23,058 bases of DNA. Source: Pirellulales bacterium. GTDB lineage: Bacteria; Planctomycetota; Planctomycetia; Pirellulales; DATAWG01. The notes under the pieces were generated by a model. It saw only the letters and a program-made list of their open reading frames with translations, searched no databases and had not been told where the DNA came from. Both the position numbers and the translations under genes were made by a program. The DNA lies in NCBI GenBank assembly GCA_035939775.1, contig DASZFO010000357.1, positions 1-23,058 of the forward strand, given 5' to 3'. Each line of letters starts with the position of its first letter. The first letter of the stretch is position 1. This document shows, in pieces, positions 15,938-23,058 of this stretch.

Positions 15938-15966
15938 AATTTATCGCTGGCTTCGGCCGCTGGCAA
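15938..15966 (-). promoter_or_regulatory. Promoter candidate (TTGCCA-N17-TAAATT) reading toward the structured element and tRNA-Ser
   Basis: Minus-strand ttgccagcggccgaagccagcgaTAAATT. Pattern match only. Confidence 0.3.
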
Positions 15967-16061
15967 GTTGTGTGGTATGACCTAGGCTTGCTGCGCCGGC
16001 GCAACGGTCGATCGGGACGCGGGTCCAGACGCGCGGATCGGCAATAGCTTTCAGGGTCGAA

Positions 16062-16589
16062 TTGATGAACCGTCTCGATGTCAAGCGAATTCAGATTCGC
16101 GAAGCCGTGCATCGGCTGGGGGGCTGTCCGGCACAAGGCCGGCTCAAAGTCCGGGACGTGATGACTCCAGCGCCGACCTGCATCGCCTCGAGCACTAGCG
16201 TGCTCGACGTGGTGCGGATGTTTCACGCCAAGGAGTTTCGGCACCTGTTGGTCACCGATCCGGGTGGGCGATTGCTGGGACTGGTGAGCGATCGCGACGT
16301 GCTCCGCTGCTTTGGTCCAGGGCGTTATCCGGATCAGGAGCGGCTCGCCGGGATCACCGCGCTCGAGATCATGAGCGCGGACCTGATCACCACGGCGCCC
16401 GAGGCGCCGCTGGTCTCCTCCGCCGGTGAGATGCTGGGCCACGGCATCAGTTGCCTGCCGGTGTTGGCGGACGACAAGCTCGTCGGAATCTTGACCAACA
16501 CGGATTTGGAAACCGTCTTGGAAGTCTTGCTGCAAACGTCACAGGCGGCACTGGCCGCACTATCGGCCGCGGCGAGCACGCTGGCTTGA
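16062..16589 (+). CDS. CBS-domain pair protein
   Basis: Two CBS motifs: VRDVMTPAPTCIASSTSVLDVVRMFHAKEFRHLLVTD..GRLLGLVSDRDVL and ALEIMSADLITTAPEAPLVSSAGEMLGHGISCLPVLADDKLVGILTNTDL. The true start may be internal. Confidence 0.7.
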   Translation: MMNRLDVKRIQIREAVHRLGGCPAQGRLKVRDVMTPAPTCIASSTSVLDVVRMFHAKEFRHLLVTDPGGRLLGLVSDRDVLRCFGPGRYPDQERLAGITALEIMSADLITTAPEAPLVSSAGEMLGHGISCLPVLADDKLVGILTNTDLETVLEVLLQTSQAALAALSAAASTLA

Positions 16590-16912
16590 CGTAAATCATC
16601 CCACCCCACCTCGCTCGGCCACCGTGGCGGTGCGCCTGTAGCGAATGCTCGCCGCCCGGCGTTTCCTGCCGGTTCTTGCAATTGATCTCCGCGTAGCGAG
16701 CGGCTGAAAATGGCTCCGCTTGAGCCGCGCCGCGCGTCGATACGCCATGTGCGGACGGCTAAGCGAGTGAGCGGCCGCCAGACGTTCAACAACACGAGGA
16801 GACAAGGCCGGCCACTGGATGGCCGGACTACCGCGGAAGGATCCCCTCTAGTCGCGGCGCGATGGGCCGGCAAGCGGCCCGCGGCGCGAGCATTTGCAGA
16901 GAGAGGAGAGCC

Positions 16913-17200
16913 ATGCCGAAAGACACGTTCCGAGTCGTGACACGAGGAGCCGATGGAAAACTACGAATCCGCGACTACAGCCAGGCGGATACGCTCCTAA
17001 GAATGCACACCCAGATCGGCATCGATGATTGCAGCACGGACCTCGGCCTGCGCGGGCAGCCCGTGTTCCGCGGATTGATCGGCCCTATGCCGGAAGGAAA
17101 AAATGTCGTGCGATACGAGTCGCCCGAAGTGTTCGAATCGCTGACAAAAGATTGGAGCACCGCCAAGGCGAGCCGGCGAGCGCGGAGCGTAGCGCAGTAG
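16913..17200 (+). CDS. Hypothetical small protein (95 aa)
   Basis: ATG at 16913 with GGAGAG 3-8 nt upstream. No recognisable domain. A strong terminator follows. Confidence 0.4.
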   Translation: MPKDTFRVVTRGADGKLRIRDYSQADTLLRMHTQIGIDDCSTDLGLRGQPVFRGLIGPMPEGKNVVRYESPEVFESLTKDWSTAKASRRARSVAQ

Positions 17201-17220
17201 AGGCAGCGGCGCTAATTGAA

Positions 17221-17278
17221 GGCGGACGGAAGAAGCATTTTCATTCTGGCTTCTTCGGTCCGCCTTCGTTATTTCTGG
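17221..17278 (+). terminator. Strong bidirectional intrinsic terminator between convergent genes
   Basis: 16-bp stem (ggcggacggaagaagc / gcttcttcggtccgcc, one mismatch), a 12-nt loop, then ttcgttatttct. It lies 21 nt after the stop of 16913..17200 and abuts the stop of the minus-strand gene 17269..17871. Confidence 0.65.
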
Positions 17279-17871
17279 TCAGGCGCCTTCCAAGCCGTGC
17301 TGCCGCGCGGAGGGTCGTCGCTGAGCGGCGTGCCGCCGGCGGGGTTGCGCTGGGCAATACCAGTGCCGCTGCCGGCAAATGGATCGCTCTTGACCGCGAT
17401 GGCGACCTTGCTGGTCGTCGTGTCGTCGACGAAATGCGGCGTTGTGACCGGCACTTTCACGGTCTGCTGCTGCGGCACGACTTGCCGCTGCACGACGGGA
17501 GTCAGCACTTGTTCGGTGCGCGTATCCCATCGCACCCGCGGCACATAGCGATAAGCCAGATAGGGTTGCGCGAACGGATTATACCGGTTGACCATGTACG
17601 GCTGATAAACCCATTCCATCACCGGCGCTTGGACGATCCGCTGCGAGGTTTGGATTTGTGTTTGCAGTTGCTCGGCGTAAACAGTTTGCTGGCGGTCCTC
17701 GTAGTGGGTCTCGCAAATCGGCCGGTGGACCGTGCGCGTCGTGACCATGTAGGTCACGCCGTTTTCTTCGACCGTGTGCGATTCATCGGCACGGGCCAAA
17801 ATCGGTGAGCAAAGAGGCAGAACCAAGACGAGAGCGATCGAGCGTCGAGCTAGCATAAGCAACACCCCCAT
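17269..17871 (-). CDS. Secreted hypothetical protein (Gln/Val/Pro-rich)
   Basis: Signal peptide (MLARRSIALVLVLPLCSPILARA). The opposite-strand ORF 17029..17808 is an Arg-rich antisense shadow. No recognisable domain. Confidence 0.5.
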   Translation of the reverse strand: MGVLLMLARRSIALVLVLPLCSPILARADESHTVEENGVTYMVTTRTVHRPICETHYEDRQQTVYAEQLQTQIQTSQRIVQAPVMEWVYQPYMVNRYNPFAQPYLAYRYVPRVRWDTRTEQVLTPVVQRQVVPQQQTVKVPVTTPHFVDDTTTSKVAIAVKSDPFAGSGTGIAQRNPAGGTPLSDDPPRGSTAWKAPDQK

Positions 17872-18032
17872 AAACGCAGGCGCAATACGGCCACCAACGC
17901 TCTTATCGGCATGATCGCTACAGACGCTTTAGCGCAGGAGGCAAAGGCCGGTCGCCGTTACGGCACACGGAGTGTGCCTACTACGTAGCAGGTACGCTCC
18001 GCGTGCCGCCGGCGGACAGCTAGTTTTTCGGC

Positions 18033-21000
18033 TTACTCTCCCGTCTCCACCGTCACCGCCATGATGATGGGCGCGGTAGCGTCGGGGCCTTTGACGAACT
18101 CGATCGTTTCGATCGGGCCTTTCCGTTGCGGGGTGACGGCCAAGTAACGGATTTGCTGTCCGCCCAGCAAGCGGAATGCGAATTTCGAGCCGGGGACTTC
18201 GCTGCGGCCGACGTAGTCGGCGAAATGCTCACCGTTGGAGAGCGGGATGTCTTCGGTCGCACCGCCGGCATAGTGCAGGCGCACGATGAGCGAGACCGTG
18301 CGTTTCTTGTCGTACGGATAACCCCAACCGCTGATTCCGCTCAACAGATGGATTGCCTTCGCAGGCGCGTGGCATTCGATCGTGACCGACTTGGGCATCT
18401 GCGGCGGCAAATAACCTTGCGGGGAATTGAGCATGATGACGTTCTTCATCTTGTCGCCGCGCGGATCGACCAGGTGGAACGGTACGCCGGAGACCGTCTT
18501 TGGCTCCCAGTTGGCAAAGGCCAGCTTCTCGCCGTCGGAGGCCGCGTCGTAGAACAGCCCGCGAGTGCTCACGGCCGTGGCGACCTTTTCGAGCGAGAGC
18601 GGGAGGTACTTTCCTCGCGTGGTGAGGAATTCCAACAGATCGGCGATTCCGTCTTTGCCGAGTTTTTCGAAGCCCTCGGGCATGAGCGACCGCTTCGTAT
18701 TGTCGAGCGACTCGATATTGGTCCTCTGGAAATCGCGCTGTTTTCCCTCAGCGTCGAGTATCGTGACGCTGGTGCGGTTTTCGGCCACGAGCAAGCCGGG
18801 GAACTGCCGGCCATCGTCCAGCACGAGATTGTATTGCTGATAATTGCCCTCCACGGAGCGATTGGGATCGAGCACGTCGATCAGGATCTCGATCTTCTTT
18901 CGCACGGCGATTCCAGTCAGATCGGGTCCGATTTTCGCCCCGATCTCGCCGTGACGGTGGCATTTGACGCAGTTTTGCTCGAAAACGACCTTGCCCTTGG
19001 CAAAGTCGCCGTGGCGCTCGGCCTGCGACTTGAAGTCCTCGACCACCTTTTCGCGATCGGCGCTGGGGAGCCGGCCGCCGCGGGCGAGGAGCTTCTTCGC
19101 GCGTTCGGCGATGGCCGCGTCGGAGTGTTGGGCCAACTTTTGCTGCTGATCGAGCGACAGATCGCCGGCCAGGAGTTGCTCTTTCTCCATCCCATCCAAG
19201 AGCGCGGTCGTCCAAGCGGGGCGGCTCAAGAGCACGGCGATCGCCACGCTGCGAGCGCCCGGCGTCAAGCTTTCCCAGTGTTTGACGATTGCCGGGCCGA
19301 CTGCCGCCGCCGGGCTTTGGCCGATCGCATCCAACAGATCGCGGGCCAGCTCGGGGCTTGTCTTGGGCGTGATCGATTCGATGATCCCCGCGATCGCCGC
19401 ATCATCGAGGCCGACGGTCGTGAGCTGCCGCGCGGCCGCGACGCGCGCGTCGTCCGGCCGGTCGGAGTCGGCCACTTCGGCTAGCAGTGTTTTCTTCACC
19501 TGGCCGGCCGCCTCGGCGAACTTGTCGGCGAGTCTCCAGCGCTCGCCCAGCGCGATCACCTCCGACCGCCCGCCCGGACCGAGGTTGGCCAATAGCTTAC
19601 CAAGATCGACAATCGACGCATCGGAAAGCTTGGGGGCGTCGGTCTTCGGCCAACCGGCCACCAGGCCCGCGAGAATGGCTTCCGCGATCGGCGGATCGCC
19701 GGCCGCCAAGGCATCGAGCAGCGGTGCGATCCGTTCGCCGGAATTTCCACGAGCGAAGTGCTCCGCGACCACGCGAGCCGCTTCGACCAGATGCGGTCGA
19801 AAAGTCGCGTCCGGTTTCGATCCGGCTGCCGCGGCGAGGAACGCATCGTCGCTCGCCACCGCCGCGCAGATCGCGGCGGTGGGGATCCAGCGGTCGTCAA
19901 AATTCGGCCGTTCGGAGAGCATCGCTAAGATGGCGGCTGACGCGGCCGACGAACGCGGCATCTCGGCCAGCGCGAGGAGCGCATCCTTTCGCACCAACGG
20001 TTCGCTATCACGGAGCAAGTTCGCGGCGACGATTTTGGCCGCCGAACTCTCGTCGCGCGGCAGGCAATCGAGCGCGGCGCGGCGAACTCCCGGCGAGCCG
20101 TGGGCCAACGCCACATCAAGCGACTTATCCCAACGACCGCCCGATCTGGCGAACGCTCCCAGTCCTTGCATCGTTCGCAGGGCGTGCAGCGCGACGGGAA
20201 TCGTGGAATTTCTCTGCACGACCTCGGCCAGCTTCGGCAGCACGTCGGGCTGGCCGCGCTCGACCAACAGCCGCTGCGCCTGCAGCCGCCAGAAGAGGTT
20301 CTCATGCGCGAGGGCCGCGATCAACGTCGCCGGATCGGCCGGATCGAGCTTGGGATAGGGTACCGCCTTGGCATTGTCGGCGACGATCCGCCAGATGCGG
20401 CCGTGCGCCTTGTCGCGCAGCGGCGTTTCATACGCGGCCCCGGCGCCGGTCTTGAATCCGTGCGGCGTCGGATTGTGCTGGACGACCGGCGTATAGAAAT
20501 CGATGAACCACACGGCGCCGTCGGGGCCGACTTGGGCCGCGATCGGCGCGGTCCACGCGTCGGAACTGGCCAAAAGGTTAAAGCCATCTTTCGCTACGAA
20601 GTTGCTTCCCTGCGGCGCCAGCAATTCGGTATGAATTAAATGCCCCGTCGGCTCGCACACGAAGGCGGTGCGGTCCCAATACTCCGCGGGGAAGCTGCGA
20701 GCGGTGTAAAGCTCATGCCCGGCCGCCGCCGTGTATCCGCCGAACTGGTCTACCTGGCGGACGTCGTTGGTCACCGGATGAAACTTCTTGTGGTCCGCGA
20801 TGAACATGCTGCCGTTGCCCGACAAGCCGCGGACCGCCTCGTAATACCGGTTCGGGATGCCGACGTAGATGCTGTGCTCGACATTGGCCGTGGAGCCGAA
20901 CACGTCGCCATCTTCGCTGAGCCCCAGACCCCACGTGTTGTTGCTCGTTGACGTGAGCGGCTCGAAGGCCGAGCCGTCGGCCTTGAAGCGGAAATAGCCT

Positions 21001-22349
21001 TGGCGGAATCGGCGGACAATTCCGCCGGCGGTGACGCTCCCGCCGTCGTAGCCGACCGAGCCGTACATCCAGTTGTCCAATCCATAATGCAGATTGGACT
21101 GCACGCCGTGCGTATCGCCGCGGCCGAATCCGGTGTACAGAATCTCGCGCTCGTCGGCTTTGTCGCCGCTGTGGCTGTCCTTCAAGAACACCAGATGCGG
21201 CGAAACGCAAACGATTGCCCCGCCCCGTGCGAAGCTGATGCCGGTCGGCATGTTCAACTTATCGGCGAAGATCGTGAGCTTATCGGCATGGCCCGCTCCC
21301 TGAGTGTCTTCGCATATCTTGATGCGGTCGTTGCCGTTCTCTTGCGGATCGCTGAGCACATTGTTAGGGTAGTCGGTGCTTTCCAGCAACCAGAGCCGGC
21401 CGCGCTGGTCGAAGTTCATCGCGATCGGCTTGATGATGTCCGGCTCGCTGGCGAAGAGTTCCGCGTGAAAGCCCTCGGGAAGATGGAAGTGCCGCAACTC
21501 GTCGCCCGGGCTGAGAGGCTTTTGCACTTTGGTGATCGGCGCGCCTTGCGTGCCCCAGGCCTGGCCGGGCGTGTAGTTCGGCAAGCCGACGTCGGTCGAA
21601 CTGTATTCGAGCGGCGGCGCGTCGTCGTTCGCGCGCCCCGCGGCCCAGCGGATGCCGGCCGCGAGCAGCGTGTGATAGGCGGGCTGAGTCCAGCACCGCT
21701 CGTCGTGACCCGAGGCCGTGTAATACACGCGTCCCTTGCCTTGCTCGCGGACCCAAGTCCACGGCTCGTAGCCGCCGTCGTGCTCTCGGACCATCAGCAC
21801 GCGCCGGTCGTCGGTTAGCTCATTGTGCACATACGTCTCATCCCAGCTTTCAAAGCTCTTGACGCCGCGCATCGCGGGATGCTGGGCGTCGATGATCTTC
21901 GCGCGGAACACGCCCGTTTCATGTTTCCAGAATCTGCCGCCGACCAGCGCCGCGTATTGGCGGCTATTGCGAAAGATGTGCGAGGCGCAATGAATTGCCA
22001 CCAGCCCCTTCCCCCCTTCGACGAAATTGACCAGCGCCGTTTCGGCATCGGCGGGCAGGTTGCCGCTGTCGCCGTAAATCGCCAGGCAATCGAATTTCGC
22101 CAGATTGTCCGCGTTCACGTCCCGAATCTCTTGCGTGAAGCGGATGTCGATGCCCATCTTCTCCAAAGCCGGCATAAGGATTTTGGCCAATTCCTCGGGG
22201 CGATGGTGACCGGTACGGTCGCCCAACAGCAGGACCTTGATTCGCGCCGGCGCGGCGGCCGCGCTGGTCTCGGCGGCGACGAGAGTCGGGCCGGCTATCG
22301 AAACGAGGCTCGCGAACGTCAACAGCAGTGCCAAAACCGGGCGGCGCAT
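18033..22349 (-). CDS. Multi-domain periplasmic dehydrogenase-like protein: signal peptide, ThuA-like domain, PQQ/sugar-dehydrogenase-like beta-propeller, HEAT repeats, c-type cytochrome (CxxCH), and a C-terminal domain of unknown function
   Basis: Start ATG at 22349 (MRRPVLALLLTFASLVSIAG) with AGGTGA upstream. The track ORF begins 37 codons earlier. ThuA-like segment: IKVLLLGD..KFDCLAIYGD..GKGLVAIHCASH. Dehydrogenase segment: HLPEGFHAELFASEPDIIKPIAMNFDQRGRLWL. Many HEAT-like helices follow. Heme site: CVKCHRHGEIGAKIGPDLTGIA. Confidence 0.9.
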   Translation of the reverse strand: MRRPVLALLLTFASLVSIAGPTLVAAETSAAAAPARIKVLLLGDRTGHHRPEELAKILMPALEKMGIDIRFTQEIRDVNADNLAKFDCLAIYGDSGNLPADAETALVNFVEGGKGLVAIHCASHIFRNSRQYAALVGGRFWKHETGVFRAKIIDAQHPAMRGVKSFESWDETYVHNELTDDRRVLMVREHDGGYEPWTWVREQGKGRVYYTASGHDERCWTQPAYHTLLAAGIRWAAGRANDDAPPLEYSSTDVGLPNYTPGQAWGTQGAPITKVQKPLSPGDELRHFHLPEGFHAELFASEPDIIKPIAMNFDQRGRLWLLESTDYPNNVLSDPQENGNDRIKICEDTQGAGHADKLTIFADKLNMPTGISFARGGAIVCVSPHLVFLKDSHSGDKADEREILYTGFGRGDTHGVQSNLHYGLDNWMYGSVGYDGGSVTAGGIVRRFRQGYFRFKADGSAFEPLTSTSNNTWGLGLSEDGDVFGSTANVEHSIYVGIPNRYYEAVRGLSGNGSMFIADHKKFHPVTNDVRQVDQFGGYTAAAGHELYTARSFPAEYWDRTAFVCEPTGHLIHTELLAPQGSNFVAKDGFNLLASSDAWTAPIAAQVGPDGAVWFIDFYTPVVQHNPTPHGFKTGAGAAYETPLRDKAHGRIWRIVADNAKAVPYPKLDPADPATLIAALAHENLFWRLQAQRLLVERGQPDVLPKLAEVVQRNSTIPVALHALRTMQGLGAFARSGGRWDKSLDVALAHGSPGVRRAALDCLPRDESSAAKIVAANLLRDSEPLVRKDALLALAEMPRSSAASAAILAMLSERPNFDDRWIPTAAICAAVASDDAFLAAAAGSKPDATFRPHLVEAARVVAEHFARGNSGERIAPLLDALAAGDPPIAEAILAGLVAGWPKTDAPKLSDASIVDLGKLLANLGPGGRSEVIALGERWRLADKFAEAAGQVKKTLLAEVADSDRPDDARVAAARQLTTVGLDDAAIAGIIESITPKTSPELARDLLDAIGQSPAAAVGPAIVKHWESLTPGARSVAIAVLLSRPAWTTALLDGMEKEQLLAGDLSLDQQQKLAQHSDAAIAERAKKLLARGGRLPSADREKVVEDFKSQAERHGDFAKGKVVFEQNCVKCHRHGEIGAKIGPDLTGIAVRKKIEILIDVLDPNRSVEGNYQQYNLVLDDGRQFPGLLVAENRTSVTILDAEGKQRDFQRTNIESLDNTKRSLMPEGFEKLGKDGIADLLEFLTTRGKYLPLSLEKVATAVSTRGLFYDAASDGEKLAFANWEPKTVSGVPFHLVDPRGDKMKNVIMLNSPQGYLPPQMPKSVTIECHAPAKAIHLLSGISGWGYPYDKKRTVSLIVRLHYAGGATEDIPLSNGEHFADYVGRSEVPGSKFAFRLLGGQQIRYLAVTPQRKGPIETIEFVKGPDATAPIIMAVTVETGE

Positions 22350-22834
22350 CGAGTTCACCTGTGAAGAATGCTTGACGATCTCGTTGGGGCGCGGCGGGGC
22401 GCTGAAGCTCGCGCCTGAACCGCCGCGACGTTCACATTGCCCCTCTATCCTAACGACCACGAAGGGAGGGAGCGAATGAGATCAAGCGATTTTTTTGATG
22501 AGATTTTTTACCGACACTCCATGATTCGATATCGGGCGGGGAGGCAGACCGTAGGGTGCGTCAAGGCTTGGCGCAGACGCAACGGGAGGCGAGGGAAGTT
22601 CGATGCCACAGCGGGTTCTGGTGCGTCCGCGCCGATTTGACGCCCCCGACGCTCATTATGACTTTGCAATGGCGCCGCGCTCGCGGTCGGCTCGCTCCCG
22701 CAAATTATCGCATCCTGGTGCGCAAAACCTCATGGACAGTGGTGCACGCACGTTCGATAATTGGCGGAAATAGCCGCTGCCGCGTTCGGCGGCCCAAAGG
22801 GGAATGGCAACCTTCATTTAGGCGAGCGTCGGAA

Positions 22835-23058
22835 ATGAGTGATAAGAAAATCCGGATCGCGATCATCGGCTTGGGATTTGGCGCGGAGTTCATTCCCATT
22901 TACCAGCGGCATCCGCGAGCCGAGATATATGCCATCTGCCAGCGCAATGCCGGCACGCTCCATCAGATTGCCGACGCCTTCAAGATCCCCAAAAAGTATG
23001 CCGACTTCCGCGAGCTGCTCAAGGATCCGAACATCGACGCGGTTCACATCAACACGCC
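22835..23058 (+). CDS. Gfo/Idh/MocA-family NAD(P)-dependent oxidoreductase (partial; the C-terminus runs off the window end)
   Basis: MSDKKIRIAIIGLGFGAEFIPIYQRHPRAEIYAICQRNAGTLHQIADAFKIPKKYADFRELLKDPNIDAVHINTP. This is a Rossmann N-terminus, GxGxxG as I-G-L-G-F-G. Divergent from the large dehydrogenase gene. Not in the ORF track. Confidence 0.75.
   Translation, partial: MSDKKIRIAIIGLGFGAEFIPIYQRHPRAEIYAICQRNAGTLHQIADAFKIPKKYADFRELLKDPNIDAVHINT

Noticed and set aside
15825-15940. SRP (4.5S) RNA, 6S RNA or tmRNA identity for the structured element
   Set aside because: Wrong size and architecture for tmRNA and 6S. The conserved SRP domain IV motif (GGAAGCAGCC-like apical region on a single long hairpin) is absent. 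It is left as an unassigned structured element.
17029-21818. Plus-strand ORFs 17029..17808, 18126..19484, 19282..20358, 19487..20455 and 21000..21818
   Set aside because: All are antisense to the secreted protein gene or to the 1438-aa dehydrogenase gene. They are extremely Arg/Ala/Pro-rich and carry no recognisable domains.
1-23058. CRISPR arrays, integrase or transposase genes, rRNA
   Set aside because: No regularly spaced direct repeats, no recognisable integrase or transposase motifs, and no rRNA-like sequence anywhere in the window.

Overview
High-GC (roughly 60-65%) bacterial chromosomal window with a strongly Planctomycetota-like gene set. Markers are a PEP-CTERM protein, a giant MBG-repeat secreted protein with an N-terminal 'LERRDLL'-type motif, and a 1438-aa ThuA / beta-propeller-dehydrogenase / HEAT / CxxCH-cytochrome fusion. 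I support about 22 protein genes, 3 tRNAs (Asn-GTT, Val-TAC, Ser-CGA), two tRNA-Asn-derived fragments, two intrinsic-terminator hairpins and two sigma-70-like promoters. Two real genes run off the window edges and are therefore absent from the ORF track: a signal-peptide beta-lactamase-family serine hydrolase (<1..1659, minus strand) and a Gfo/Idh/MocA oxidoreductase (22835..>23058, plus strand); I translated both by hand. Many long ORFs in the track are Arg/Ala-rich antisense shadows of true genes, typical of high-GC DNA, and were discarded. The most unusual structure is at 11613-12075. There an intact tRNA-Asn is flanked by a 5' and a 3' tRNA-Asn fragment, each carrying the same 23-nt double-palindromic replacement of the anticodon arm. 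A YhbQ/UPF0213-type GIY-YIG nuclease gene sits between the intact tRNA and the 3' fragment, and its stop codon lies inside a D-arm remnant. This looks like a small tRNA-targeting GIY-YIG mobile or selfish element. Other items are a PIN toxin with an atypical acidic antitoxin, a DUF104-like small protein next to an ankyrin/ferredoxin-like protein, an NfeD(YqiJ-like)-flotillin operon whose NfeD carries a His/Gly/Asp-rich insert, a candidate structured RNA upstream of tRNA-Ser, and an ECF sigma/anti-sigma operon downstream of the giant adhesin-like gene. No tools were available, so every call rests on manual translation and motif recognition, not on searches.
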